This document shows positions 40,101 through 49,169 of a stretch of DNA of 64,000 bases, in pieces (position 1 is the first letter of the stretch; the number at the start of each line of letters is the position of its first letter). Source of the stretch: Nitrosopumilus sp. (GTDB lineage: Archaea > Thermoproteota > Nitrososphaeria > Nitrososphaerales > Nitrosopumilaceae); the NCBI GenBank assembly GCA_965238275.1, contig OZ250186.1, positions 1,952,001-2,016,000 of the forward strand. The letters are read 5' to 3'. The position numbers were made by a program, and so were the translations under genes. The notes beneath the pieces were generated by a model. The model had not been told where the DNA came from, did no database searches, and was given only the letters and a program-made list of their open reading frames with translations.

Positions 40101-40243
40101 GCGTTGTTCCTATACTTGCGCGGTTTTTTAATGAATATCCGCCTGCATCCGTTGCAGCAAAAGTAAAACTTTGTCCCGTCATGCTCGTGCAGCAGTGCAA
40201 GATCCTCGTCTAGTTCAATTCCGCACACGGGATCCACTGGCAT
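40097..40243 (-). CDS. YHS/TRASH-domain protein (48 aa)
   Basis: MPVDPVCG...FYFCCNGCRRIF read directly; below the ORF-track cutoff. Confidence 0.85.
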   Translation of the reverse strand: MPVDPVCGIELDEDLALLHEHDGTKFYFCCNGCRRIFIKKPRKYRNNA

Positions 40244-40368
40244 GATTTACCCATTCTGAAATTCCTTATATTTGATGTGTAATTTCGAGGAAACCGGCAG
40301 CATCCAATGGAATTCCTCTCAAAACAGTCGCCTGCAAAAGCCGGACGGGCTGCTGTTGGCACGCCCGG

Positions 40369-40734
40369 TCAGGAATGGACGATATCCAGAATCTTGTCTG
40401 GGAGCAGTCCGTAATCGGCATCAGGCTCAAAGACTGCATACAGTATGTCGTCGTTAATCAGGACGCTGATTGCAAGAATCCGCTCACGCAGGGCCATGGC
40501 AAATTTTACAGGGCCGAGCTGCTTGTCAAACTCTTTTCTCATCTTTACACGCAGTGCAAGCTCCATGAAGATCATCTCGTCATCCCTCTCATCCTCGAGC
40601 GACTTGATGCTCTCCTTCATTCCCCCTGCGACAAGCCTGCCCCGCTCGTTAACAACGCCGACAAACCGGATCTTTGGATCAAGGGACATTACAGAGTCAC
40701 AGATTCCAACATAGTCATAAATTTTCTCGGCCAA
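40369..40734 (-). CDS. thaumarchaeal DUF6659-like protein
   Basis: IRFVGVVNERGRLVAGG...FDKQLG. Confidence 0.8.
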   Translation of the reverse strand: MAEKIYDYVGICDSVMSLDPKIRFVGVVNERGRLVAGGMKESIKSLEDERDDEMIFMELALRVKMRKEFDKQLGPVKFAMALRERILAISVLINDDILYAVFEPDADYGLLPDKILDIVHS

Positions 40735-40875
40735 TCTCAATACTAGTAAAAAATTTCTGCTTATTATCTTTATACGGCACAATAGTTTGTTGTACAACCC
40801 CAATCTAGTGCGTAAATTCTCACCAATAAAACACGATCCAGGCACGATTATGTTCAACAAACTACGGCACAATGT

Positions 40876-41982
40876 CTATGAGGTAAGCTTTTTGATGATG
40901 CCAAGAAACTCGTCTTCTGCAAACGGCGGGATCTTCATGACTTCAAGGTTTTCAGACACGTGTTCTGGGAGCTTTTGGCCTGCCAGGGGGGCTAGAACGC
41001 CGGGAGCCGAACGTATGAACTGCAGCGCGCGCAGCGAGGGCTTGAGTTTGTCAAACTCGGGCATCGCCCCTGGTTGAAGCAGCCGCCCCTGCATGAATGG
41101 CACGCTGGTAAAGACCCCAATTCCCAGAATCCTTGCAGCCTCCAGCGCGGATACGTCTGCTCCTCCTCCGCCGGCCTGCTGGGTCTTTGCAAGAAGCGCC
41201 TGGTCATAATACATGTTAAACGGTATCTGGATGAAGCGGAATCCGTGGTTCTTTCCGCCCGCCCTTGCCGCCATCTTCAGGACATCCCCAAGCTCGAGGT
41301 GTTGCGGGTTGCTCCGTGGAATCCGGAAGCACTCCCATGTGGCCATTCCGTAAAAGGCCAGCTTTCCCTCATCCCGCTTCTGCTCGTACAGCTCGAAAAC
41401 GGATTCCAGGTTCTTTAGGAACTGATCCCGGGATACGTCCTTTATCTGGCCCTCTATGGCGTTGTGAACATACATCAGATCAACACACTCCAGCCCAAGA
41501 TTCTTCAGGCTTCTGTCCAGCTGATCAGACATGTACGCAGGGGTCATGCAGTGGTATCCTGACGTGATGTCGCCCTCTCCGACGATGCCATTTTGGACAT
41601 ACTCCCTCTGGACGTACTCCCAGAAGCCCATCTGCACGTCAGCGTCATTTGTGACATATCCGTTCTTGGTGGAGATGAATACCTGATCGCGCGAGATCAC
41701 CCCGTCCTGGACAAGTTCGGATACTGCCTTTCTGACTGAACGCTCGGCCTTTTGGGATCTGTAGTTGATTGCAGTGTCTATCACGTTGACTCCTGAGGCG
41801 ACAGACTGCTTGACTGCAGCAGAGACCAGATCGTCTGTCCTGGAATCTGCATCGCCGAGGTATGTTCCAATGCCTACGTTTGACAGGGTAAGGTCCTCAA
41901 ACACCTTGAAGTTGGCCTGGTTCACGCCAGAGTCTATGGCAAACTTTCTTGTTCCTTCAGGCGTTGCAGAACCGGAGATCAT
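40876..41982 (-). CDS. aldo/keto reductase
   Basis: GIGTYLG, IDTAINY, ISTKNG, VDLMYVHN. Confidence 0.9.
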   Translation of the reverse strand: MISGSATPEGTRKFAIDSGVNQANFKVFEDLTLSNVGIGTYLGDADSRTDDLVSAAVKQSVASGVNVIDTAINYRSQKAERSVRKAVSELVQDGVISRDQVFISTKNGYVTNDADVQMGFWEYVQREYVQNGIVGEGDITSGYHCMTPAYMSDQLDRSLKNLGLECVDLMYVHNAIEGQIKDVSRDQFLKNLESVFELYEQKRDEGKLAFYGMATWECFRIPRSNPQHLELGDVLKMAARAGGKNHGFRFIQIPFNMYYDQALLAKTQQAGGGGADVSALEAARILGIGVFTSVPFMQGRLLQPGAMPEFDKLKPSLRALQFIRSAPGVLAPLAGQKLPEHVSENLEVMKIPPFAEDEFLGIIKKLTS

Positions 41983-42012
41983 GCAACAGATCACCACCGC
42001 TCAAATTTATGT

Positions 42013-42909
42013 CTAGAGCCCAATTAGGAGTCCTGCAACAAGCAGCGCTCCTGTGATCCGGCTGGATAGCAGCGTGGAGGACATTGACGGCACCAGTTCC
42101 TCCACGGTGTCGTGCCTCCTTCCCAGGCCGATTCCCGACTTTACCATCAGTGGCAGCCCCAGGAGGCTGACAAGGGACGAGGCAGGAAGCAGGCCGGCAG
42201 ACACGCCGGAGATTACGGCACAGTACGAGACTGCCGGAAATATCCAAAAGAGGACAGGCGCCCTGTTCCGGCCGGCGGCGATCACCAGGGTCTTTCTTCC
42301 CTTGGCCTTGTCAGCGTCGTGATCGGCAAAGGATGCGACAAAGAGCACCAGCGAGGACAGGGAACCCACTGCGGCCCCCACCAGGACAGATTCGGCTGTA
42401 ATCTGTCCGGACTGGATGTAGAAGGCCCCGATGGCAGTCAGGGAGCCCTTGAGGGCGACAAAAAACTCGCCCAGGCCGGAGTCGACGATCTTTGTGGAGT
42501 AAAAGTAGATGGACAGGACTGCAAATCCAAGAATCACGGCAATCACCACGCCGTCAGTGAGGACAAAGTATCCCCCTATGGCAGTGCCTATGACGAGGAA
42601 TATGATGCCTGCACGGTACACAGAAGATGCCTCAAGCAGGCCCTCGGGCAGGACCCCGGTGCCGCCGCTCATGGATGTCCGCTTCGTAATCGTGTCGATT
42701 CCACGCTTAAAGTCCCAGTAGTCGTTAAACAGGTCCACGCTGGCATGAAGTGCCATGACCCCGGCAAATGTCAGGGCAGCGTCAAACGGGCTTATCGCCA
42801 GGTTCTGCCACCAGCCAAGTGCCAGTCCGGCAGATACTGCGATCACGGAGGCCAGAAGGAAGCGGACACGGATGACACGGAACCAGACAGACAGCATTTG
42901 AACCAACAT
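42013..42909 (-). CDS. UbiA/MenA-family prenyltransferase
   Basis: NDYWDFKRGID, DHDADKAKGRKT, multiple TM. Confidence 0.9.
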   Translation of the reverse strand: MLVQMLSVWFRVIRVRFLLASVIAVSAGLALGWWQNLAISPFDAALTFAGVMALHASVDLFNDYWDFKRGIDTITKRTSMSGGTGVLPEGLLEASSVYRAGIIFLVIGTAIGGYFVLTDGVVIAVILGFAVLSIYFYSTKIVDSGLGEFFVALKGSLTAIGAFYIQSGQITAESVLVGAAVGSLSSLVLFVASFADHDADKAKGRKTLVIAAGRNRAPVLFWIFPAVSYCAVISGVSAGLLPASSLVSLLGLPLMVKSGIGLGRRHDTVEELVPSMSSTLLSSRITGALLVAGLLIGL

Positions 42910-42986
42910 CCGTTCTCGGGCGTAATATTCATGAGTTTTGGATCCTGCATGCCTGTGTTTATAACCTGACTGGCCCGAACCGGTGT

Positions 42987-43208
42987 ATGATTCTTGGAAG
43001 GGTGTCAGACGGCGAGCCGGTGGTGAGGCTCGAACTGGAGATACGCTGCAGCAGCTGCAAAAAGGGCGTGCCCGGAGGCGTGACAGTCTCGGAGAGGCTT
43101 TACGGCAGTGACGGATTTGCCGCAGAGATTCAGGCGTTCAAAAGGGACTACCTCTGTGGGATATGCAGGGACAAAGAGAGGGTCGGCAGGAGAAACCGGC
43201 ACCAGTGA
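42987..43208 (+). CDS. small Zn-binding conserved hypothetical protein
   Basis: CSSC...YLCGICRD. Confidence 0.7.
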   Translation: MILGRVSDGEPVVRLELEIRCSSCKKGVPGGVTVSERLYGSDGFAAEIQAFKRDYLCGICRDKERVGRRNRHQ

Positions 43209-43293
43209 TTTTAGTGTGGGCGCGCCGTCCTGGTTGCCTGCAGTGTGTAAAGGCGGGCATTCCATGATGCCTGCAGACTGCTGCCGGCATTCA

Positions 43294-43695
43294 TCACACT
43301 AGGGATTCGTCGTTTACCTCAAGGGGCTTTCTTCCCATAAAGCCGGAGTCCGTTTCATGCCAGAACCGTATCTCAGTCTCGCCATACTTCCAGCACAGCC
43401 AGACCTCCTGGTTGAACCTGTTTGAGGGAAAGTCAAGAAGGCCCTGATCTATGCTCTTGACTACAACGCCGGTCTTTTCCAGGATCTCAACGGATTCGTA
43501 AAACCGGGTTACTGCCGAGTTCAGTTTCTGCTTGAGTACGACATACGCTTCAAGGGAGTTTGTAGTTGAGAGGCTGGCCTGCAGTTGCTGCTCGTATTTT
43601 GCCACCCCTTTTTTACATGACAGGGCGTACTCGAACTTTTTTATGACGTCAGGCAGCGCCGCGTTGGCCTTGTTGACGGTAAAGAGATGTGACAT
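43294..43695 (-). CDS. DUF2203-family protein
   Basis: GLLDFP...LCWKYGE...WH...GFMGRKP. Confidence 0.88.
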   Translation of the reverse strand: MSHLFTVNKANAALPDVIKKFEYALSCKKGVAKYEQQLQASLSTTNSLEAYVVLKQKLNSAVTRFYESVEILEKTGVVVKSIDQGLLDFPSNRFNQEVWLCWKYGETEIRFWHETDSGFMGRKPLEVNDESLV

Positions 43696-43831
43696 GCATG
43701 ACATCAAACATTGCAGATTAAAAAGATTGATTTGCTCCAGCCGGCCACACAGCCTGCCGTGCAGATGACCGGACAATCCGGGTTCTCCTGCATCATCGGT
43801 TGGTGACACAAAATCAGGATCTTCTCCAGAT

Positions 43832-44008
43832 TCACTCGTCTGGTCTGCGCACCATTATGTCATCGCCGGAAATGACAAACTTTAGTTTGTCGGGATTGCC
43901 AAGCATTTCAAGTATCGGTTTTGGTATGTAGCTGTAGTTTGTCAGACGCTTCTCGTTTTTGATCACAGAAACGGTAAATTCCTTGGCGTCTTTGGCCCAC
44001 TGGGTCAT
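43832..44008 (-). CDS. AbrB/SpoVT-like small protein inside IS6 copy 2
   Basis: Same 58-aa ORF as 27918-28094, divergent from the transposase. Confidence 0.7.
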   Translation of the reverse strand: MTQWAKDAKEFTVSVIKNEKRLTNYSYIPKPILEMLGNPDKLKFVISGDDIMVRRPDE

Positions 44009-44079
44009 GAATTTTTTTTAGCTGCCTGTTATTTAAGACTGGTAGAAAGATCTATGTAATAATACCAATTGGTTTATTT

Positions 44080-45225
44080 ATGAACAGGGCAAAACGCGCC
44101 AAAACGGCGGCAAGGCAGGGACAGGTGATCAGCAACGACCCAAAGCAGGTGAGGATGACAAGTCTCAGACGATGGAATGTGGCATCGCAGTCTATTCCAG
44201 GACTGTGGTATCTGGTGATTCTTGGCTCTGCCGGGTTTGTATGCGCGTGCCAGCATTACGTCAATTGTGACGGCCTGTGCAAGCACGTGCGGGCAGTGGA
44301 CGTGTTGCTTGGCCGGATGTGGGACCGGTGCAGGAACCAAAATACAATTGTCATTAGCATGCCTCAGACTGCATGCCACCATTGCAAGTCGACTGTGTTT
44401 GCACGCAACGGGCACCGACACAACGCGTACGGGCCGATCCGGCGGTACCGGTGTAAGCCGTGCGGCCGGACATTCTCCGGACGGCCGGGCTTCAAGAAGC
44501 GCCATGCCGGCCCAGAGGCGATATCCCGGGCACTCAGGGAGGCAGCGTACGGGCTGTCCTGCGCTGCGGTGCAGGCAGTGATGGCACAGGACGGAACAAC
44601 CGTGCATTCAAGCACGATATACAGGTGGACTGCGCATTATTCGACGCTGATGGATGAATATTCAAGGCGGCTGCAGCCGCGCACGGGCTACAAGTGGCAC
44701 TGTGACGAGATACATTTCAAGGTTCGCGCGCAGGCGCGGTGGCTTTTTGCCGTCATGGACGGCGCCAGCAGGTTCATACTGTCCCATGACGTGTCTGAGA
44801 CAAAACTCAACTACAGACCCGCCCCCCTGTTTGCAGCCGCAAGGAATCTGGCCGGAACCACCCCGTGGGTGCTGGTAACAGACGGCCTGCAGGCGTTTTG
44901 TCCTGCCGCCCGCAGGGCGTTTTGGAGACGCAACGGCTTCAGGCTGATCCACGTCCGGGAGATTCACCTGAAGAACCGCTTCAGTCATAACAACAAGCAC
45001 GAGAGGCTTAACGGTGAATTCAAGGATCGCATCAAGACCGCCCGCGAGTTCGGGACAGAAAGTCCCGCGCTTGTGCGGCTGATGATCGTCCACCACAACT
45101 TTTTCCGCCCCCATGGCGGCATTGGCAAAATTACACCCGCAGAGGCCGCAGGGATCGTCATATCTGGAACGGACAAGCAGATCACCCTCATCAGTAATGC
45201 AGCAGCTGCTGCAGCAGCAGCGTAG
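44080..45225 (+). CDS. IS6-family DDE transposase with SWIM and Zn-ribbon domains
   Basis: CACx9CKH, CHHC/CKPC, WHCDE, VTDGL, NNKHERLN. Confidence 0.9.
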   Translation: MNRAKRAKTAARQGQVISNDPKQVRMTSLRRWNVASQSIPGLWYLVILGSAGFVCACQHYVNCDGLCKHVRAVDVLLGRMWDRCRNQNTIVISMPQTACHHCKSTVFARNGHRHNAYGPIRRYRCKPCGRTFSGRPGFKKRHAGPEAISRALREAAYGLSCAAVQAVMAQDGTTVHSSTIYRWTAHYSTLMDEYSRRLQPRTGYKWHCDEIHFKVRAQARWLFAVMDGASRFILSHDVSETKLNYRPAPLFAAARNLAGTTPWVLVTDGLQAFCPAARRAFWRRNGFRLIHVREIHLKNRFSHNNKHERLNGEFKDRIKTAREFGTESPALVRLMIVHHNFFRPHGGIGKITPAEAAGIVISGTDKQITLISNAAAAAAAA

Positions 45226-45688
45226 TCGCAGCAGCAGCAGTAGCAACGGCAGCTGTAGCAACGGCAGCGACACACGTAGCCCAGACTGGCCTTGGCGTGA
45301 TGGATGTCCCATCAATGCATGTCATGGCAATGACTGGGATTATCCATCACAACTGGCAGATTCTCCCTAGAGGAATTATGATTTAATGGGGAATGGCATA
45401 ACGGTGCGTAAAACAGCAAGTAAATCTGGAGAAGATCCTGAATTTGTGCCACCAACCGATGATGCAGGAGAACCGACAATCCGTATAACTTATAGCATTT
45501 GATGTGAATATGGATACAATGACATACGACGGCAAGCCCGGTTTACCGGCGGTCTGGATAGCAGGGATTCAGATGATCCCCCTGCAAGTCGCGGATGGGA
45601 TGTGCAATGATGCAGCGGCAGCAGCAGCAGCGGCAGCAGCAGCGGCCAAGGCAGGTCCTGCCGGCGGCAGCAGACCAGGTGGGCGCGT

Positions 45689-46186
45689 ATGACTTCATGT
45701 GCCGGCTGCAACATGCCGCTGGGATGGAAAAAGTACAACTTTCAAAAGCAGTGGCGCGTACGCGGATACTTTTGCAGGGAATGCATGAAGAGGATGGGCC
45801 AGGACTTTGACGCCCACGGAAAGGTTACCATACCAAGAAAGGCCTGTGATTCATGCCACCAAGAGTTTTATTTTTTGGAATCAGTGTGGCATGGAAAGAA
45901 ACAGAAGCACTGCTGCAACGTCTGCAGGGACGTAGGATTCACCGAAAGATCCGCCAACGAACTTCCCCCAATCCCACCCAGGATCCCGATGATGATGGCA
46001 ATCTTTGCAGCCTTTGGCGTCATGCTGATGATTACAGGGTTTGTATACGTGATGCTGGTGGCACCACAGCAGGAATCCAACATACTGCATATCATAATAG
46101 GGAGCTGCATGTCAGGCGGAGGTTTCATGCTGGCACGCAAGATGGTAAAGGTGCGCAACATCATACTTGGAAAGAAAAAGGTATAA
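45689..46186 (+). CDS. Zn-finger plus 2-TM hypothetical protein
   Basis: Four CxxC pairs and two C-terminal helices. Confidence 0.75.
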   Translation: MTSCAGCNMPLGWKKYNFQKQWRVRGYFCRECMKRMGQDFDAHGKVTIPRKACDSCHQEFYFLESVWHGKKQKHCCNVCRDVGFTERSANELPPIPPRIPMMMAIFAAFGVMLMITGFVYVMLVAPQQESNILHIIIGSCMSGGGFMLARKMVKVRNIILGKKKV

Positions 46187-46389
46187 CTGGGAATTACAAA
46201 ACCTGCACCTTCAAGACGGCAGTCTTACCAAGCCGCTTCCCACGTAAGCACAGATCAGATCGTCTACTTGGAGTACCGTCTTTTGATCCTGAATGAATGT
46301 GATGAGAATCATGGCCATCATGCACCATCCACATTTGGAGTAGATTGCCCATCCAAAAACAATTAAGAGAAGAACCGCGGCAAAACTGC

Positions 46390-46668
46390 ATGTCAAACAA
46401 GATAAAGTGCTCGCACATCCTTGTCGCAAAACAGAGCGAGGCCATAGCCGTCCTGGAGAGGATCAAGGGCGGCGAGAAGTTTGGAAAGGTGGCAAAGGAG
46501 GTATCAATTGATTCGGGCAGCGCAAAAAGGGACGGCAGCCTCGGATATTTTGCAAGGGGCAAAATGGTAAAGCCGTTTGAGGATGCCGCATTCAAGATGC
46601 GCATCGGGGAGACATCAGAACCGGTCAAGACAGAGTTTGGATACCACGTAATCAAGAGGCTTGCATGA
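46390..46668 (+). CDS. parvulin-type peptidyl-prolyl isomerase
   Basis: CSHILV, GSLGYF, MVKPFE, TEFGYHVI. Confidence 0.93.
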   Translation: MSNKIKCSHILVAKQSEAIAVLERIKGGEKFGKVAKEVSIDSGSAKRDGSLGYFARGKMVKPFEDAAFKMRIGETSEPVKTEFGYHVIKRLA

Positions 46669-46752
46669 TACTTGGATGCTGTCCTGCTGCACGGGGCAGG
46701 TGCCGGACAGACCGAGCACAACATTTTTTGCCGTTCCGGGAGGATTCAGGTT

Positions 46753-47013
46753 ATGGTGCTAAACGAGGAGAGTCTGGAGGGGATTCTGGCATACCTGGAA
46801 AGATCCATCACGCGCCTTGCAGCAGATGCATCCGAAAACCTCGGGATGAAGGGTACCGGCCTTGAGGACTTTCTTCAAAGGCAGTTTGACTTGAGGCTGG
46901 ACCGCCTGCTTGAGGCAAGGGACGGCAGCAGCATACACCACCTGGAGTCCGGAATGAAGAACAGGATAATACAGAGAAGGCAAAATATCCTGGACGGCAT
47001 CATGAGGGATTAG
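46753..47013 (+). CDS. conserved thaumarchaeal hypothetical protein
   Basis: Host-like codon usage; SSIHHLESGMKN motif. Confidence 0.7.
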   Translation: MVLNEESLEGILAYLERSITRLAADASENLGMKGTGLEDFLQRQFDLRLDRLLEARDGSSIHHLESGMKNRIIQRRQNILDGIMRD

Positions 47014-48539
47014 ACAAACGCGTCAAGCCCTGCAGGGGGATCCTCTGGCGGGTTCCCATCAGTATCAGGCTGGTTCCTCTCAAGTACTGCACTCATCCGG
47101 CTGCCCATGGATCGTGCGGCGGTCATCTTTCTGCGCCCTATCCAGTAGTATGCCTCGTCGATGGTGTCCTTTGCTATCAGGACCACCAGATTTCCGGTGT
47201 CCTTCCTGCCGGTCCTGCCCCGTCTCTGAACGTATCTTATGGAGCTTGGAACGTTGTCATAGAATATCACCTGGTTTACCTCGGCAATGTCCAGGCCTTC
47301 CTCGCCTACGCGGGTGGCAATCAGCACGCGAAACACCCCGTCCCTGAACTTTTGAACGGCCTGAACCTGCTCCTTCTGTTTCAGCCCGGCCTCGCCTGCC
47401 TTGCCTATCAGGATTCCGCACGGTATGCCCGCAGCGTTGAGGTTCTCGGAGATCATGCCGACAGAGTCCCTGTAGCTTGTAAATATCAGCACCTTTCCGG
47501 GAACGGACCCGACTATCTCCTTTAGTTTGGGAATCTTGGGGTGTTCCACCCCCCGGGACTTTGCCTCCATGGCAAGATGGACCGCCCGGGTAAAGTTGGG
47601 GTCAACCTCGAAGAGTTCCTTGACTCCTGCCCCCTTCCTTGCCCGCGCGCGCTTGCAGAACTCCAAAAACGGCGTGATCCCGTGCGCCTCAAGTATGTTC
47701 AGCGCGTAGTGGATTCTGATTGCGGTGAACAGCGGCTTGGCCGAGCGCCGGTTCTGGCTCAACACAAAAGTCCGGATTCGAAGCAGTGCAGAAAGCGACT
47801 GCTGCCCGGACAGGCTTATGCCGTTTCCCTTCAGGGTGTCATACCTTTGGTTCAGGGCCAGTTTCAGCAGCGTCTGGATGGCCTTGAGTTCCGGCGGGAG
47901 CGCCACCCTTATCCATTCGGTGCGCGTCTGCTGCGTGTACGGTATGACGTCAGGGCTCTCCTCGGTCCTCTCGGCGACGCTTGATATTCGGAGCCTTGTG
48001 AGAATCTCGGTGGCCTTTTCTGTCTCGCTTGGAAGCGTTGCAGTCATGCCGAGAATCCTGACTTGTGCGTGCAAGAGGCGCTCGGCGATTCCAGAGTAGG
48101 CATAATCCCCCACCGTCCGGTGCACCTCGTCAAACACCACGAGGCTGAACTGTTCAGGGGACACTATCTGCCGATCCAGATCATTCCTTGTTATCTCCGG
48201 CGTCGCGCACACTACGCTGCTGCCCCACAGCCCCTTGCGCTTCTTGACCGGATCGCTGCCGGTGACAAGCGAGATGTCGTCCAGGGTGAGGTGCTTTTGC
48301 AGGAACTCGTAGTGCTGGTTTACCAGCACCCGCGTGGGGGCCATGAACAGCACGCCCCCGTCCCCCCTCGAGAGATACTCGGCCATCACCTGGAGTGCTA
48401 TTGCAGTCTTTCCAAGACCGGTGGGCAGGACGACGATGCAGTTTTCAGAGACTGCCTGCCGCGCAAGGTTCACCTGGTACTCCCTCAGTTCCATGGAATC
48501 CTTTCGGACATACTTTTTCTCAACGTACTTTGTCAACAC
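47010..48539 (-). CDS. Hef/FANCM-type SF2 helicase
   Basis: LPTGLGKT, DEVH, TAT, EEGLDI, QRRGRTGR. Confidence 0.92.
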   Translation of the reverse strand: MLTKYVEKKYVRKDSMELREYQVNLARQAVSENCIVVLPTGLGKTAIALQVMAEYLSRGDGGVLFMAPTRVLVNQHYEFLQKHLTLDDISLVTGSDPVKKRKGLWGSSVVCATPEITRNDLDRQIVSPEQFSLVVFDEVHRTVGDYAYSGIAERLLHAQVRILGMTATLPSETEKATEILTRLRISSVAERTEESPDVIPYTQQTRTEWIRVALPPELKAIQTLLKLALNQRYDTLKGNGISLSGQQSLSALLRIRTFVLSQNRRSAKPLFTAIRIHYALNILEAHGITPFLEFCKRARARKGAGVKELFEVDPNFTRAVHLAMEAKSRGVEHPKIPKLKEIVGSVPGKVLIFTSYRDSVGMISENLNAAGIPCGILIGKAGEAGLKQKEQVQAVQKFRDGVFRVLIATRVGEEGLDIAEVNQVIFYDNVPSSIRYVQRRGRTGRKDTGNLVVLIAKDTIDEAYYWIGRRKMTAARSMGSRMSAVLERNQPDTDGNPPEDPPAGLDAFV

Positions 48540-48646
48540 ACGGAATCAGGGATTACAGATTTTATGTCTTCGTAAACACGAGATCCAGCATTTGATGATG
48601 CCTCCCAGTACACCATTCTAATATATGGAGCAGGCAATGAGCCTAC

Positions 48647-49168
48647 ATGAGTGCGGGGTTTGCAAGACCGAGTTGGGACGAGTATTTCATGCTGCAGGCA
48701 GAGCTGGTTAAACTGCGCTCCAACTGCATGACCAGAAAGGTGGGCGCAGTCATAGTCAGAAACCATATACAGCTGTCCGCAGGGTACAACGGCACGCCGC
48801 CGGGAATCACAAACTGTTTTGAGGGCGGATGCAAAAGATGCACGCTTAGGATGGAGGGAAAGATAGAGTCCGGCGCGTCCCTTGAGAGGTGCCTGTGCAA
48901 CCACGCAGAGTCAAACGCAATAGTCCACTGCGCAACCCTGGGCATATCGACAGGAGAGGGCTCCATCATGTATACCACGTACGTGCCGTGCATGGAGTGC
49001 ACCAAGCTGGCAATAACTGCAGGAATCAAGAGGTTTGTCTGCCTGGAGTCGTACCCGGAGGATGACGGCGGACTGCTAGAGGAGGCAGGCGCAGAGTGCG
49101 TCATACAGGACAGGGAGCCCATTGCGGGGTGGGTAAGGGAGCTGGCAAAAAAATACGAGAGGGCGTAA
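48647..49168 (+). CDS. dCMP deaminase
   Basis: RPSWDEYF, GYNG, HAESNA, PCMEC. Confidence 0.92.
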   Translation: MSAGFARPSWDEYFMLQAELVKLRSNCMTRKVGAVIVRNHIQLSAGYNGTPPGITNCFEGGCKRCTLRMEGKIESGASLERCLCNHAESNAIVHCATLGISTGEGSIMYTTYVPCMECTKLAITAGIKRFVCLESYPEDDGGLLEEAGAECVIQDREPIAGWVRELAKKYERA

Positions 49169-49169
49169 G

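Larger units (their letters stand above)
43781..45474 (+). mobile_element. IS6-family element, copy 2 (intact)
   Basis: ~56-bp TIRs starting GGTTCTCCTGCATC; 9-bp TSD GACAATCCG. Confidence 0.93.

Noticed and set aside
26451-45474. Inversion or composite transposon between the two inverted IS6 copies
   Set aside because: Copy 2 retains its own TSD on both sides, so it inserted independently and has not recombined with copy 1.
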